64,000 bases of DNA from Candidatus Latescibacterota bacterium. Lineage in GTDB: Bacteria; Latescibacterota; UBA2968; UBA8231. Shown in pieces: positions 40,302 through 49,169 of this stretch (position 1 is the first letter of the stretch; each line of letters begins with the position of its first letter). Below the pieces are notes generated by a model that saw only the letters and a program-made list of their open reading frames with translations, did no database searches and was not told where the DNA came from. The stretch lies in contig OZ253462.1 of NCBI GenBank assembly GCA_965261395.1, forward strand, positions 672,001 to 736,000, written 5' to 3'. Both the position numbers and the translations under genes were made by a program.

Positions 40302-40426
40302 ATAAAATAGGAGTCAACATGCTGAAAAGTTTTGATAAAAAAAACTGATCGAACTGCTTATAACCGCCCCTTGTTTCGTCGATGGTGATGTGGATATAAC
40401 GGCGAAATGGATCGAGGAGCTAAACA

Positions 40427-41503
40427 ATGAGCAAGTGGAAAATCGCCGGAATCAACTTCGACCATCTGCACATGGGCGACAATTTGCGCATGGCCTTTGA
40501 GCACGCAGACGTCGAAATCGTCGGCATCTGCGACGAGCAGCCCGAACGCATGAAACAGGCGTGCGAAGATTTCGCCATTCCAGCCGATAGAGTTTTCAGC
40601 GACTACCGAGCGTGTCTAGAAAAGACCCAGCCGGACATCGTCCTTTTGTGCCCAGCTACCGCCGAACACGGGGAGTGGACCGAAAAGGTCGCGCCTTTCG
40701 GGGTGCACATTATCATGGAAAAACCCTTCGCCGCCACCCTCGCCGAGGCAGACCAGATGCAGCGGGCCATGGAGGGGACGGGCAAGCTGTTGGCGATCAA
40801 CTGGCCGCTGGCTTGGTATCCACCGCACCGCACCGCGCAACGGCTCATCGCCGCTGGCGAGATCGGCGAGGTGATCGAAGTCCACTACTACGACGGCAAC
40901 CGAGGGCCGCTGTGGCATCTCGCCGACAAAGTGGAGCGCACCGCCGACGTCGTCGAGCGGGAAAAGCCCACGAGTTGGTTTTACAAAAAGGCGGCGGGCG
41001 GCGGCTCCCTGCTGGACTACCTAGGCTACGGCACCACATTGGGTACTTGGTACATGGACGGCCGGGCACCGATTGAGGTGACGGCCACCGTAGATCAGCC
41101 CCAAGGACTCGAAGTGGATGAGCACTGCATTGCAGTGGCGCGCTACGAGCGGGGTCTGTCGAAATTCGAGACGCGCTGGGGCACCTTTACCGACCCCTGG
41201 ACCCTGCAACCCCAACCCAAGTGCGGCTTCGCGATCGTCGGCAGCGAGGGCACGATCAGTTCCTACGACTACGAGGAGGTAATCCGCGTGCAGACGCGGG
41301 CGCAGCCAGCAACCGAAGAACGGCCGGTGGACGTGCTCGAACCGCCGTTCCAGAATCCCGTTCAGTACGTGATCCACTGCATTGAAGAGGACCAACCCAT
41401 CGAGGGGCCGCTCTCGCCGGTGCTGTGTCGCATCGGACAACAAATCGTCGATACCGCTTATCAAAGCGCTGCGCAGAAGCGCACCTTACCTCTGATTCAA
41501 TAG
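40427..41503 (+). CDS. Gfo/Idh/MocA family oxidoreductase
   Basis: MEKPFA, INWP, GGGSLLDYLGY. Confidence 0.9.
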   Translation: MSKWKIAGINFDHLHMGDNLRMAFEHADVEIVGICDEQPERMKQACEDFAIPADRVFSDYRACLEKTQPDIVLLCPATAEHGEWTEKVAPFGVHIIMEKPFAATLAEADQMQRAMEGTGKLLAINWPLAWYPPHRTAQRLIAAGEIGEVIEVHYYDGNRGPLWHLADKVERTADVVEREKPTSWFYKKAAGGGSLLDYLGYGTTLGTWYMDGRAPIEVTATVDQPQGLEVDEHCIAVARYERGLSKFETRWGTFTDPWTLQPQPKCGFAIVGSEGTISSYDYEEVIRVQTRAQPATEERPVDVLEPPFQNPVQYVIHCIEEDQPIEGPLSPVLCRIGQQIVDTAYQSAAQKRTLPLIQ

Positions 41504-41506
41504 CGT

Positions 41507-42625
41507 ATGGCAGAAAGCCAAGACAGCGGCTATGGCCGTGGCAAGACCGGATCAGGAGTCGAAGTAGCAGCCCCAGACTTACCCTACCAGCCGCGCGACC
41601 CGGCGACTTATCGTCCGCAGATCGGCCTAATCGGCTGCGGTGGCATTTCCGAGATGCACTTGCGGGCCTATAAAAACGCCGGCTATGAGGTCGCGGCCCT
41701 GTGCAGCCGTGATCAGGGGCGCGTCGAGCAGCGGCAGCGGGAATTCTACCCCGCGGCCGACACCTATCTCGACTATCGGGACCTGCTCGCCCGCGATGAC
41801 ATCGAAGTAGTGGACCTTACACCCCATCCGCAGGAGCGGCTGCCGATTCTCGAAGCGGCCATTGATGCTGGTAAACACGTCCTCAGCCAGAAGCCTTTTG
41901 TGCTCGACTTGGATGTGGGCGAGGCGCTCATTGCACGGGCCGAGCGGCGCGGCGTGCAACTGGCCGTCAATCAGAATGGCCGCTGGGCACCGCATTTTAG
42001 CTACATGCGCCACGCGGTGGCCGCTGGATTGGTCGGCCAAGTGCAGAGCGTCGAGTTCGCCGTGCATTGGGACCACAACTGGATCGCCAGCTCCGCCTTT
42101 GACTCGGTAGAGGATCTAGTGCTCTACGACTTCGGGATGCACTGGTTCGATATGGCAGTGGTGCTCTTAGGCAGCGAGATGCCGCAAAGGGTCCACGCCT
42201 CAGCCCGGCACGCAGCCGGCCAGGAAGCTAAACCGCCGCTTTTGGCCCAGGCGGCGATTGAGTGCGCGGGCGCGCAGGCGACAATCTTTCTCAACGGCAA
42301 CACTCGCCAAGGTCAACAGGACCGCACTTATTTGGTCGGCACAGAGGGCACCATAGACGCCAGCGGCATAGATCTGACCGCGCAGGAAGTCGCGCTATAT
42401 ACCGCTGCGGGCGTGGCCCGACCGCAGCTTGTGGGGACGTGGTTTGAGCAGGGGTTTCACGGGACCATGGGCGAACTGCTCTGCGCCGTCGAAGAGGGCC
42501 GCGAACCCAACAACAGCGCCCGCGAAAATCTCGCAAGCTTGGCGCTGTGCTTTGCAGCCGTAGCCAGCGCCCACCGTGGTGAACCCGTGGTGCCGGGAGC
42601 GGTGCGGCGATTGCCCGGCCATTAA
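41507..42625 (+). CDS. Gfo/Idh/MocA family oxidoreductase
   Basis: GLIGCGGIS, GKHVLSQKP, NQNGRW, DFGMHWFD. Confidence 0.9.
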   Translation: MAESQDSGYGRGKTGSGVEVAAPDLPYQPRDPATYRPQIGLIGCGGISEMHLRAYKNAGYEVAALCSRDQGRVEQRQREFYPAADTYLDYRDLLARDDIEVVDLTPHPQERLPILEAAIDAGKHVLSQKPFVLDLDVGEALIARAERRGVQLAVNQNGRWAPHFSYMRHAVAAGLVGQVQSVEFAVHWDHNWIASSAFDSVEDLVLYDFGMHWFDMAVVLLGSEMPQRVHASARHAAGQEAKPPLLAQAAIECAGAQATIFLNGNTRQGQQDRTYLVGTEGTIDASGIDLTAQEVALYTAAGVARPQLVGTWFEQGFHGTMGELLCAVEEGREPNNSARENLASLALCFAAVASAHRGEPVVPGAVRRLPGH

Positions 42626-42704
42626 GCCGCCTACAATGGGCTGGATCTTCGGTCCGCCACTTCGTTTTCCTGCCGCCAGACGGCAGTCTCCAAAGGAGTT
42701 TTCT

Positions 42705-43553
42705 ATGGATTCGACCTGCCTGCAACACACCTTGACCGAGGAGGAGCGTCGCCAATTTGCGGAGGACGGCTTCTTCATCGTCCGCGATGTGCTGCCTCGG
42801 GATTTGGTAGCACAGCTCATCCCCATCGTCGATCGACTCGCTGCCGAGTACCGGCCGAAAAAGGGGCTGGAAAAACACCAGATGCACAACTTGTTCGACT
42901 TTATCGGCAAAGATGAACTTTTTCTGGAGTTGCTCGACTGGCCAAAGACGTTTGCCAAGGTCTTCGGGATTTTGGGCTGGCACATTCAGCTTTACCACTC
43001 GCACTTGATCGTTACCCCGCCTTTAGACGGCGTCGTGCCCAAACGCAAGCGGCTGGGCTGGCATCAAGACAGCGGGCGGCTCAACATCGACTTGGAGACT
43101 CATCCCCGGCCGAGGGTCTCGCTCAAGGTGGCGTATTTTCTCACGGACTGCACCGAGACCAATCGCGGCAACTTCCACGCCGTGCCCGGCTCTCACCTAA
43201 GAAACAAGCTGGAAATGCCCGAGGACGAAGACTTAGACCCACCGGGCGCGGTGCCGATTCAAGTGGCGGCGGGAGACGCGGTCTTTTTCGACCGGCGGAT
43301 TTGGCACTCGGCCGGCCACAACTTTTCGCCCGACGCGCGCAGGGCGCTGTTTTACGGCTATAGCTACCGCTGGTTGCGGCCACGCGATGACATGACCGTG
43401 GAGCACCTGATGGACCGCTGCGATCCGATCCGGCAGCAGCTACTCGGTGCTGGCCCGAGCGGCGGGCACGGTTACACTTCGCCGAAAGAGGAAGACGTGC
43501 CGCTGAGAGAGTGGATCCGCGAGCATCTGGGTGCCGAAGCGGTGGTGCAATAA
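42705..43553 (+). CDS. PhyH family protein
   Basis: WHQD, VPGSH, AGDAVFFDRRIWHS; AAGGAG RBS. Confidence 0.9.
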   Translation: MDSTCLQHTLTEEERRQFAEDGFFIVRDVLPRDLVAQLIPIVDRLAAEYRPKKGLEKHQMHNLFDFIGKDELFLELLDWPKTFAKVFGILGWHIQLYHSHLIVTPPLDGVVPKRKRLGWHQDSGRLNIDLETHPRPRVSLKVAYFLTDCTETNRGNFHAVPGSHLRNKLEMPEDEDLDPPGAVPIQVAAGDAVFFDRRIWHSAGHNFSPDARRALFYGYSYRWLRPRDDMTVEHLMDRCDPIRQQLLGAGPSGGHGYTSPKEEDVPLREWIREHLGAEAVVQ

Positions 43554-43572
43554 ATACCGGCAGGTATTCAGA

Positions 43573-45930
43573 TCAGTAGACTATTGAGACCAACTCGACA
43601 GCCAACTCGGTGCTCCCATCCCCTTTGACCTTCAACCGCGCTATATAATTGCCCGGCGGCACTTGCCCTCTCGTCCCGGTGCGCCCGTCCCACGCCAACC
43701 GCAGCGGTCCGGCCATGCCCATCGACTCTACCCCGGCCACGCGTCGTCCCGCCAAATCGAAAATCTCCAGCTGCACGGGCCGCGCTGTCAAAACATCGAC
43801 CAGATCCAGTGCGACGACCAACTCGTCATTGACCCCGTCGCCGTTGGGCGTCAACACGCTGGGGGCAATGGACATATTGGCCCACAAGGATCGACCCAGC
43901 GGCAAGCGCACCACATTGGTGCTGCTTTCCACCAACTCCGCAGCATCCCCTGGTTCGACCCGCTGGCGCACGGGCTCGGCCAGACGACTGTCCTCCAAAA
44001 ACAGCTCAAAGCGAGTGGCGTCGAGGAATATGGCCGCGGCAAAATCCACTTCCACCAACTGCCCCGAGCGCACTGGCTGCGGCAATTGCACGGCAAAACC
44101 ATCCTCCACCGCGGCCACTGCCACTTCCCGCACCACCCCATCCACCCGCATCTGGTCGAACTGCAAATCCGTCGAGGCCCGCACCAATAGTCGGTCAAAG
44201 CCGTTGCGCGTGCGCACGGGCCGCACATAGTACGTAAAAATTTCCTGCCGACCCGGTTGCACCAGCACGGGTGCCAGTTCCGCGACTACCTGCTGGGCCA
44301 GGGGCTCGGAAAAATCCAGCACCACCCAATCCAGCCACGCCCCCATCGCCGGATCGCCGGATACCAGCCGCCCTTCCAACTGCACATAGCGCCGCATGGA
44401 GGGCGACTGGAAGGGCTGGTCCGGCTCCAAGTACACCGGACTCCACGGACTCCAATCCACCCCTGGCACAAAGACCGTGTCAATGGGCCCGCGAAAAGAG
44501 GGGATGCGCCGCTCCCACTGCCGCTGAGTGATTTCCTTGCCCTCTGGACTGCGGTATATCACCTCAGTATCGAGCGTATTGCCCGAGCGGCTGCGCAGCT
44601 CCAGACGCGTGCCCCCCGGGGCCTGACCGCCCCAGCGCAAGGCATTGATATTCTTCTGTCCCTGCAAATCCAAAATGGGCGAGCGCAGATCTACCTGGAC
44701 CGGCGCGCCGCGGCCAAAGACCTGGAGTTCGGAGATAGTACCAGAAGCTCCGCAGCCGCGCGCATCCTCGCCGCCGAACTCGTCGCCGCAGTTGGCGTCC
44801 CACGTCTTCCATCTGATGCGCACAAAGCGGACCGGTAGACTGGTAAAACGGTGATCGGCTAAGCCCTGTACCCGGTTGAGCCAGCTACCCCAACCGGAAA
44901 AGTGCTTGGTCCAGCGCAGCGAGCCGTCCGGAGCCCGTGAACCGTCCGAGGTCAATACCTCGTAGAAATTGAACGAGAACCCGCGGTACTGGCCGGAAAA
45001 GGTGAGCAGCCGCACCTGGTCAACCCAGTAAACAGCCCCCAGATCTAGGGTGATCTGGGCAATCACATCGACATCGGCCCGGGTCGCCCGGATATTGGAC
45101 CAGACTGTGCTGATGCGGCCGTCCATCAACTGCAGGGCATTGGCCAGATTCGGGGTATCGGGATTCTTGGTATCGACCCCCACGACAATGTCCACGCTGC
45201 CGCCTCGCTCGATGGCCCCCTGTACCAGATTGTCGCCAAAGGCCTCCACCTCGATCTCGACCAGTCGCGCCTCGGGCGCCGCTTTCAGGGCCTCTACCCG
45301 CACGAAGTGCACTGGGAAGGGCTCGTCCGGGTTCAATTCATAGGTGATCCGGCGGCGGCGGTCCTCGGTAAAGCGCTCTTTAATCCGGTACGCCAAGGTG
45401 CCTTCTATCTGCGTGCGGGTCTCGTCGCGGAACTGTTCGCCAGTGGACAGCAGCAGATCGAAAATCTCAAAGGGAGGGCCTCGCTCGGAAAAAATCAGAT
45501 GCACCCGGTGGGCCGAAACCACCCGGCCCAGATCCACTTCGACAAACCAGTCCTCGACCCTCTCGTCCAAATCCGGCCCCCAGCCCGTGTCCCCGTCCCC
45601 GTCCAGCACCCCCGGCGCCTCCAGGGCATTGGAACCCACCCGGCTGATCCCCCCGCCAAAGGCCACCGCGTCCAGGACCGCATTGTTGTTCCGGCGCACC
45701 GCCACCGGCCGAATGATCCCCTCCCGCGTCAGTTCCACCGCCCCCAGGGGCAACTCCCACTGGTGCCACTGAGCCGCTGTTGCAAAGCGCAACTCGTCGC
45801 CGGCGCCCTTTTGCCAAGGGGCCAACAGAATGCCGATGGCGAGCAAAAACGCCCGGCCTGAATCCATTGCCGCACGACGGAAAATGCCCCCACTCGCCGC
45901 ATCCCGGCGGATTTCTACTCCCTGCTCCAT
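43573..45930 (-). CDS. Secreted protein with discoidin-like modules and a C-terminal FlgD Ig-like domain
   Basis: Signal-peptide-like AFLLAIGILLAP; LDGDGDTGW, VDLG; C-terminal TPNGDGVND..IFDLAGRRV..WDG..VPPGNY. Start uncertain (45930 or 45867). Confidence 0.75.
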   Translation of the reverse strand: MEQGVEIRRDAASGGIFRRAAMDSGRAFLLAIGILLAPWQKGAGDELRFATAAQWHQWELPLGAVELTREGIIRPVAVRRNNNAVLDAVAFGGGISRVGSNALEAPGVLDGDGDTGWGPDLDERVEDWFVEVDLGRVVSAHRVHLIFSERGPPFEIFDLLLSTGEQFRDETRTQIEGTLAYRIKERFTEDRRRRITYELNPDEPFPVHFVRVEALKAAPEARLVEIEVEAFGDNLVQGAIERGGSVDIVVGVDTKNPDTPNLANALQLMDGRISTVWSNIRATRADVDVIAQITLDLGAVYWVDQVRLLTFSGQYRGFSFNFYEVLTSDGSRAPDGSLRWTKHFSGWGSWLNRVQGLADHRFTSLPVRFVRIRWKTWDANCGDEFGGEDARGCGASGTISELQVFGRGAPVQVDLRSPILDLQGQKNINALRWGGQAPGGTRLELRSRSGNTLDTEVIYRSPEGKEITQRQWERRIPSFRGPIDTVFVPGVDWSPWSPVYLEPDQPFQSPSMRRYVQLEGRLVSGDPAMGAWLDWVVLDFSEPLAQQVVAELAPVLVQPGRQEIFTYYVRPVRTRNGFDRLLVRASTDLQFDQMRVDGVVREVAVAAVEDGFAVQLPQPVRSGQLVEVDFAAAIFLDATRFELFLEDSRLAEPVRQRVEPGDAAELVESSTNVVRLPLGRSLWANMSIAPSVLTPNGDGVNDELVVALDLVDVLTARPVQLEIFDLAGRRVAGVESMGMAGPLRLAWDGRTGTRGQVPPGNYIARLKVKGDGSTELAVELVSIVY

Positions 45931-46001
45931 CGACACCCACTTCCCCTTTGACAGAGTTTGTGGGTATCTATAGTAAACAAAAAGCGACGCATGCGTCGCC
46001 C

Positions 46002-48875
46002 CTAGGCCGGTAGCCCTGCAAAGAGCCGGCTGAACAGGCTGGTCAAGGGCTCGGTCTCGCCGCGCTGGGCCGCCCGGGCAAAGACTACGCCGGGCTGGGC
46101 CGCCCGCACTGCCCGGCCCAAAATGTGGTAATCGGCACGGCTGGGCCGTTGGGCCGCTTCCCGCGCCTCGCTCCAGCCCTGGTTGGTGGCGGCTAGACCC
46201 CATAGGGCACGCGGTGCCCGCACCTTGGTCTCCTCGACCGACAGGCCGTCGCGCCAACAACCACGCTGAGCGAATAGACTACCATCTTCCCGATAGATCA
46301 GCCCACCGCCCACGTATTGAATCAACTGCTGTTGGTTGCCCCGCGCGCCCGACAGGGCCAACAGAGCCAAGGGCCCCAAGTCGTTGTCGTCGAAATCGGC
46401 CTGCTGGTGGAAAGCCGCCACCAACTCGTCGCTGTACATTTGCCACTCGTCCCAATTGATCTCTGCGGGCTGCTCAGGCCACTCCTTGCCCGAACCCAAG
46501 AAGGGGTTGAAGGAAGCCCCCGACTGCTTGCAGACCTCAAAACCGCGCCGCGTCAGCCGGTCGAGTACCTCCAGTGATCGCTGCAAACCCTCACGCTGCA
46601 GCACCTGCGCTAGCAAGCGGTTGAGATCGTGCTTGGCGAACAGTCGGCTGCCATCCACAGCCACTCCAGTCAGTTCCTCCACTTCAGCGCGGCCTTCCTC
46701 CGTGCGGCACAGCCGCGCCAAGCCCCATATCATGCCGTGGTAGTTGTCGGCCACGTAGCGCCATACATCCGCATCGCGCTGTATGTGTCCGGCCACCGAC
46801 AGCGCGGTTCCGGCTTCGGCCTGGGCTTCCTCCGTGAGAGGCAAAAACACCTCGATATGGTCGCCGTCGAAATCTAGCTCCATCAGTCGGCAGACGCGCG
46901 GATGGACGCGCACTGCGGCCCCGGCCAAACGCTGCGGACGAAAGGCCACCATCGCGGTGGGCGGCACGTGGAACATCGGACCTTCTTCAACCAGCACCCG
47001 CTGGGCGCTGTACAGCAGCACCCACGAGCGCGCCATGATCGCGTCCAAAACCTCAGCCGCATGGGCCGAACGCCGCGCCACTTCCTCAGCGCGACCTATT
47101 TCCCGCTCCACCTGAGGCCCGAACAAAGCCCAGGCCATTTCCTCGGGCAGGCCCACTTGGTCAAGATTCAACTCAAACCCCGAAACAAGCGCGGCCCGGC
47201 CGCTAAACAGCGGTCTGGCCCGGAAGTGAAGGTGCTCTGGGCGCAACAACGCGGTAAAAAAATCCTCCACCCGTTGGGCCACCTGCGCCACTGCCGGTCC
47301 GACTAGGACCTCGGGGGCCTCGCTATCGACGACGCGCTGCAAGCGCGCATTGGCTTCGACCAAATCCTCGTAGCAGCCCCGGACCGGGTCGAACTCGGTC
47401 CCCACTGGCAAAGCGACGGGGGCTCCCACCGTCCCGACCTGGCGTCCCGGGGCCCACGGGTGCGGCACTGGCCGGGCTAGGGTCAGTCCCTCGGGCTCGG
47501 CAAAGGAGAAGCGCAACTCCCCACTCGCTAACTCGGCCCGTATCCCGGCCATACCCAACAACTGCTGCAACAAAGCAAAGCGCGGGGACGGTGGTGGGGA
47601 CAGGGATATCGGGCCGGTGGTTAGGCGCTGGCCCAGCGCATTGGCATCGGGTCGCTCGGCCGCGGCCGTGTTGAACAAAGCGTGGATATTGGCTACGGCC
47701 CCGGCCTCGCACAAAGCTCCGTAGGCTATCATATCCAGTTCTGGTCCGCCGACTCCTGTCACCGCAGTTTCCAAGCGCTCGGCCGCGGTGTGGGCCGCCA
47801 GAAGGCCCCAGTACACCCAACCCACAGTACTGCGATAGGGTAGCTTTGCGCCTTTGAGGGTCAGTTGCTCCATGCCATCTTCGGACAGTCCCGCCTCGAA
47901 TAGACGCGCTTTCAACATCTCTTCGCTGGGTGCCTGAAAAGGTGGTACCACCGACGGGTGCCCGGCGACTTGGGCGAGGCGACCCATGACCGCCTCGCGC
48001 TGCTGGCCGAAATTGAGCCGCGAGACCATACTGGTGGGGCTGAAGATGAGTTCTATCGGCGCACCATCGGGCAACTGCGGCATGTCGGCGTCGGGCAGGA
48101 TGCGCGTCACCACCGCTTTGGCACCGTGGCGGTTGCTCATGCGGTCGCCCACCCCCACTGCGGCGGGAAAATCCATCCGCGCCGCGGCCGATTCGCTAAT
48201 GACCAAGCCATCCTCAAACGTGTCTCCATCCCACATGATGAAGGCGGTCAACAGATTGTAGCCACCCCAAAAATCGACGGCCCCGGACTCGTATCCCGTC
48301 TGCACTAGGGCCGGTTCGGGCTTGTGGCCCTTGGAGGCCAAGCGCTGGTCGTACTGTTGGCGGAACCAACCCGTGGAGTGGATCGGTGCCGCTGTATCGG
48401 CTGCGCTCGTCCACTGGCGCATCATATTGATGCCCATTAGGGCGCGATTGGTATCGTCGTGTTCGAGAAAGGGCACCATAGAGGCCGAAAAACCCAAGAT
48501 GCTGTCGGGCGCTTTGTCGGTTCGTTCGAGCTTGCCGTCGCGGATGCGGGCACCGCGGGCCACTTCCAGCATTCGACCGATATTGGGGCCTTCGGGGATG
48601 CAGTAGGGGCACACTAGGCCGTATTGGCTGTAGGGGAAAACGTCTTGGTCGTCAAAGGGCTCGACGACGATGGGGATCAGCGTCAGCCGCCGCAAATGGG
48701 TATAGCGGTCGAGCCAATTGGTCGCCTGTAGATACTGCGAAGTTTCCTCCAAGTGGAAGTCGCGCATCCAGGCGTCCAGCGGCAGCCAGTTGCGCACCAA
48801 GTCGCCATCCCAAGCCAACTGCTCGGGGGCCGCCTCCAACCTTTGGTCAATAAAGTCGTATAGCTGTTCGCCCAC
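46002..48875 (-). CDS. Miniaturised single-chain RNA polymerase beta/beta-prime-like protein
   Basis: RpoB motifs in order: SQY..TN..THLRRL, CPYCIPEGPNIG, PFLEHDDTNRALMG.NM.RQ, FED, GDRMSNRHGAK, DMPQLPDG, SR.N.GQ. Then RpoC motifs: LA.PV.H.W, FSGRA, GLP..MA..LF.P, HP.VC...LDFDGD, PL..EAQAEA, SGARG...Q, RDGLS..E. Confidence 0.9.
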   Translation of the reverse strand: MGEQLYDFIDQRLEAAPEQLAWDGDLVRNWLPLDAWMRDFHLEETSQYLQATNWLDRYTHLRRLTLIPIVVEPFDDQDVFPYSQYGLVCPYCIPEGPNIGRMLEVARGARIRDGKLERTDKAPDSILGFSASMVPFLEHDDTNRALMGINMMRQWTSAADTAAPIHSTGWFRQQYDQRLASKGHKPEPALVQTGYESGAVDFWGGYNLLTAFIMWDGDTFEDGLVISESAAARMDFPAAVGVGDRMSNRHGAKAVVTRILPDADMPQLPDGAPIELIFSPTSMVSRLNFGQQREAVMGRLAQVAGHPSVVPPFQAPSEEMLKARLFEAGLSEDGMEQLTLKGAKLPYRSTVGWVYWGLLAAHTAAERLETAVTGVGGPELDMIAYGALCEAGAVANIHALFNTAAAERPDANALGQRLTTGPISLSPPPSPRFALLQQLLGMAGIRAELASGELRFSFAEPEGLTLARPVPHPWAPGRQVGTVGAPVALPVGTEFDPVRGCYEDLVEANARLQRVVDSEAPEVLVGPAVAQVAQRVEDFFTALLRPEHLHFRARPLFSGRAALVSGFELNLDQVGLPEEMAWALFGPQVEREIGRAEEVARRSAHAAEVLDAIMARSWVLLYSAQRVLVEEGPMFHVPPTAMVAFRPQRLAGAAVRVHPRVCRLMELDFDGDHIEVFLPLTEEAQAEAGTALSVAGHIQRDADVWRYVADNYHGMIWGLARLCRTEEGRAEVEELTGVAVDGSRLFAKHDLNRLLAQVLQREGLQRSLEVLDRLTRRGFEVCKQSGASFNPFLGSGKEWPEQPAEINWDEWQMYSDELVAAFHQQADFDDNDLGPLALLALSGARGNQQQLIQYVGGGLIYREDGSLFAQRGCWRDGLSVEETKVRAPRALWGLAATNQGWSEAREAAQRPSRADYHILGRAVRAAQPGVVFARAAQRGETEPLTSLFSRLFAGLPA

Positions 48876-48934
48876 ACACAGAATTCGCGCTTGAAAGACT
48901 CCCTATGCCAGGGTACGTCGAGATTCAATGTCAT
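48876..48934 (-). other. Out-of-frame 5' segment (RBS + ATG) of the RNAP-like gene
   Basis: GGAGGA-6 nt-ATG at 48934 encodes MTLNLDVPWHRESF, one frame off the long ORF. Confidence 0.6.
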
Positions 48935-49169
48935 TAATGTTCCTCCGGGTTATTATTCGCGCTATGAGTTGTGGGTCCGGTATCTGCATCGAGGCCCTCC
49001 GCAGATAAAGACGCCGCCCGGAAAGTACAGGTTCAAGGTCGAAGGTAAAAAAGTCCCGAAACCTCATTGGAGGCTGGCTTCTTTTACGAGTTGACTCACT
49101 AGTCGAGCAGGGTATCTTACCACCCACCGTCCGAATACCAACCTTAACCCTTACAGGTGCTCTTGCCTT

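Noticed and set aside
45931-46260. N-terminal extension of the FlgD-Ig protein overlapping the RNAP-like gene
   Set aside because: Low-complexity alternate-frame translation; the signal-peptide-like segment begins downstream.
46002-48875. Annotating the ORF as the housekeeping rpoB or rpoC
   Set aside because: It is about a third of the combined length, lacks essential domains, has substitutions at near-invariant residues and has no ribosomal-protein operon context.
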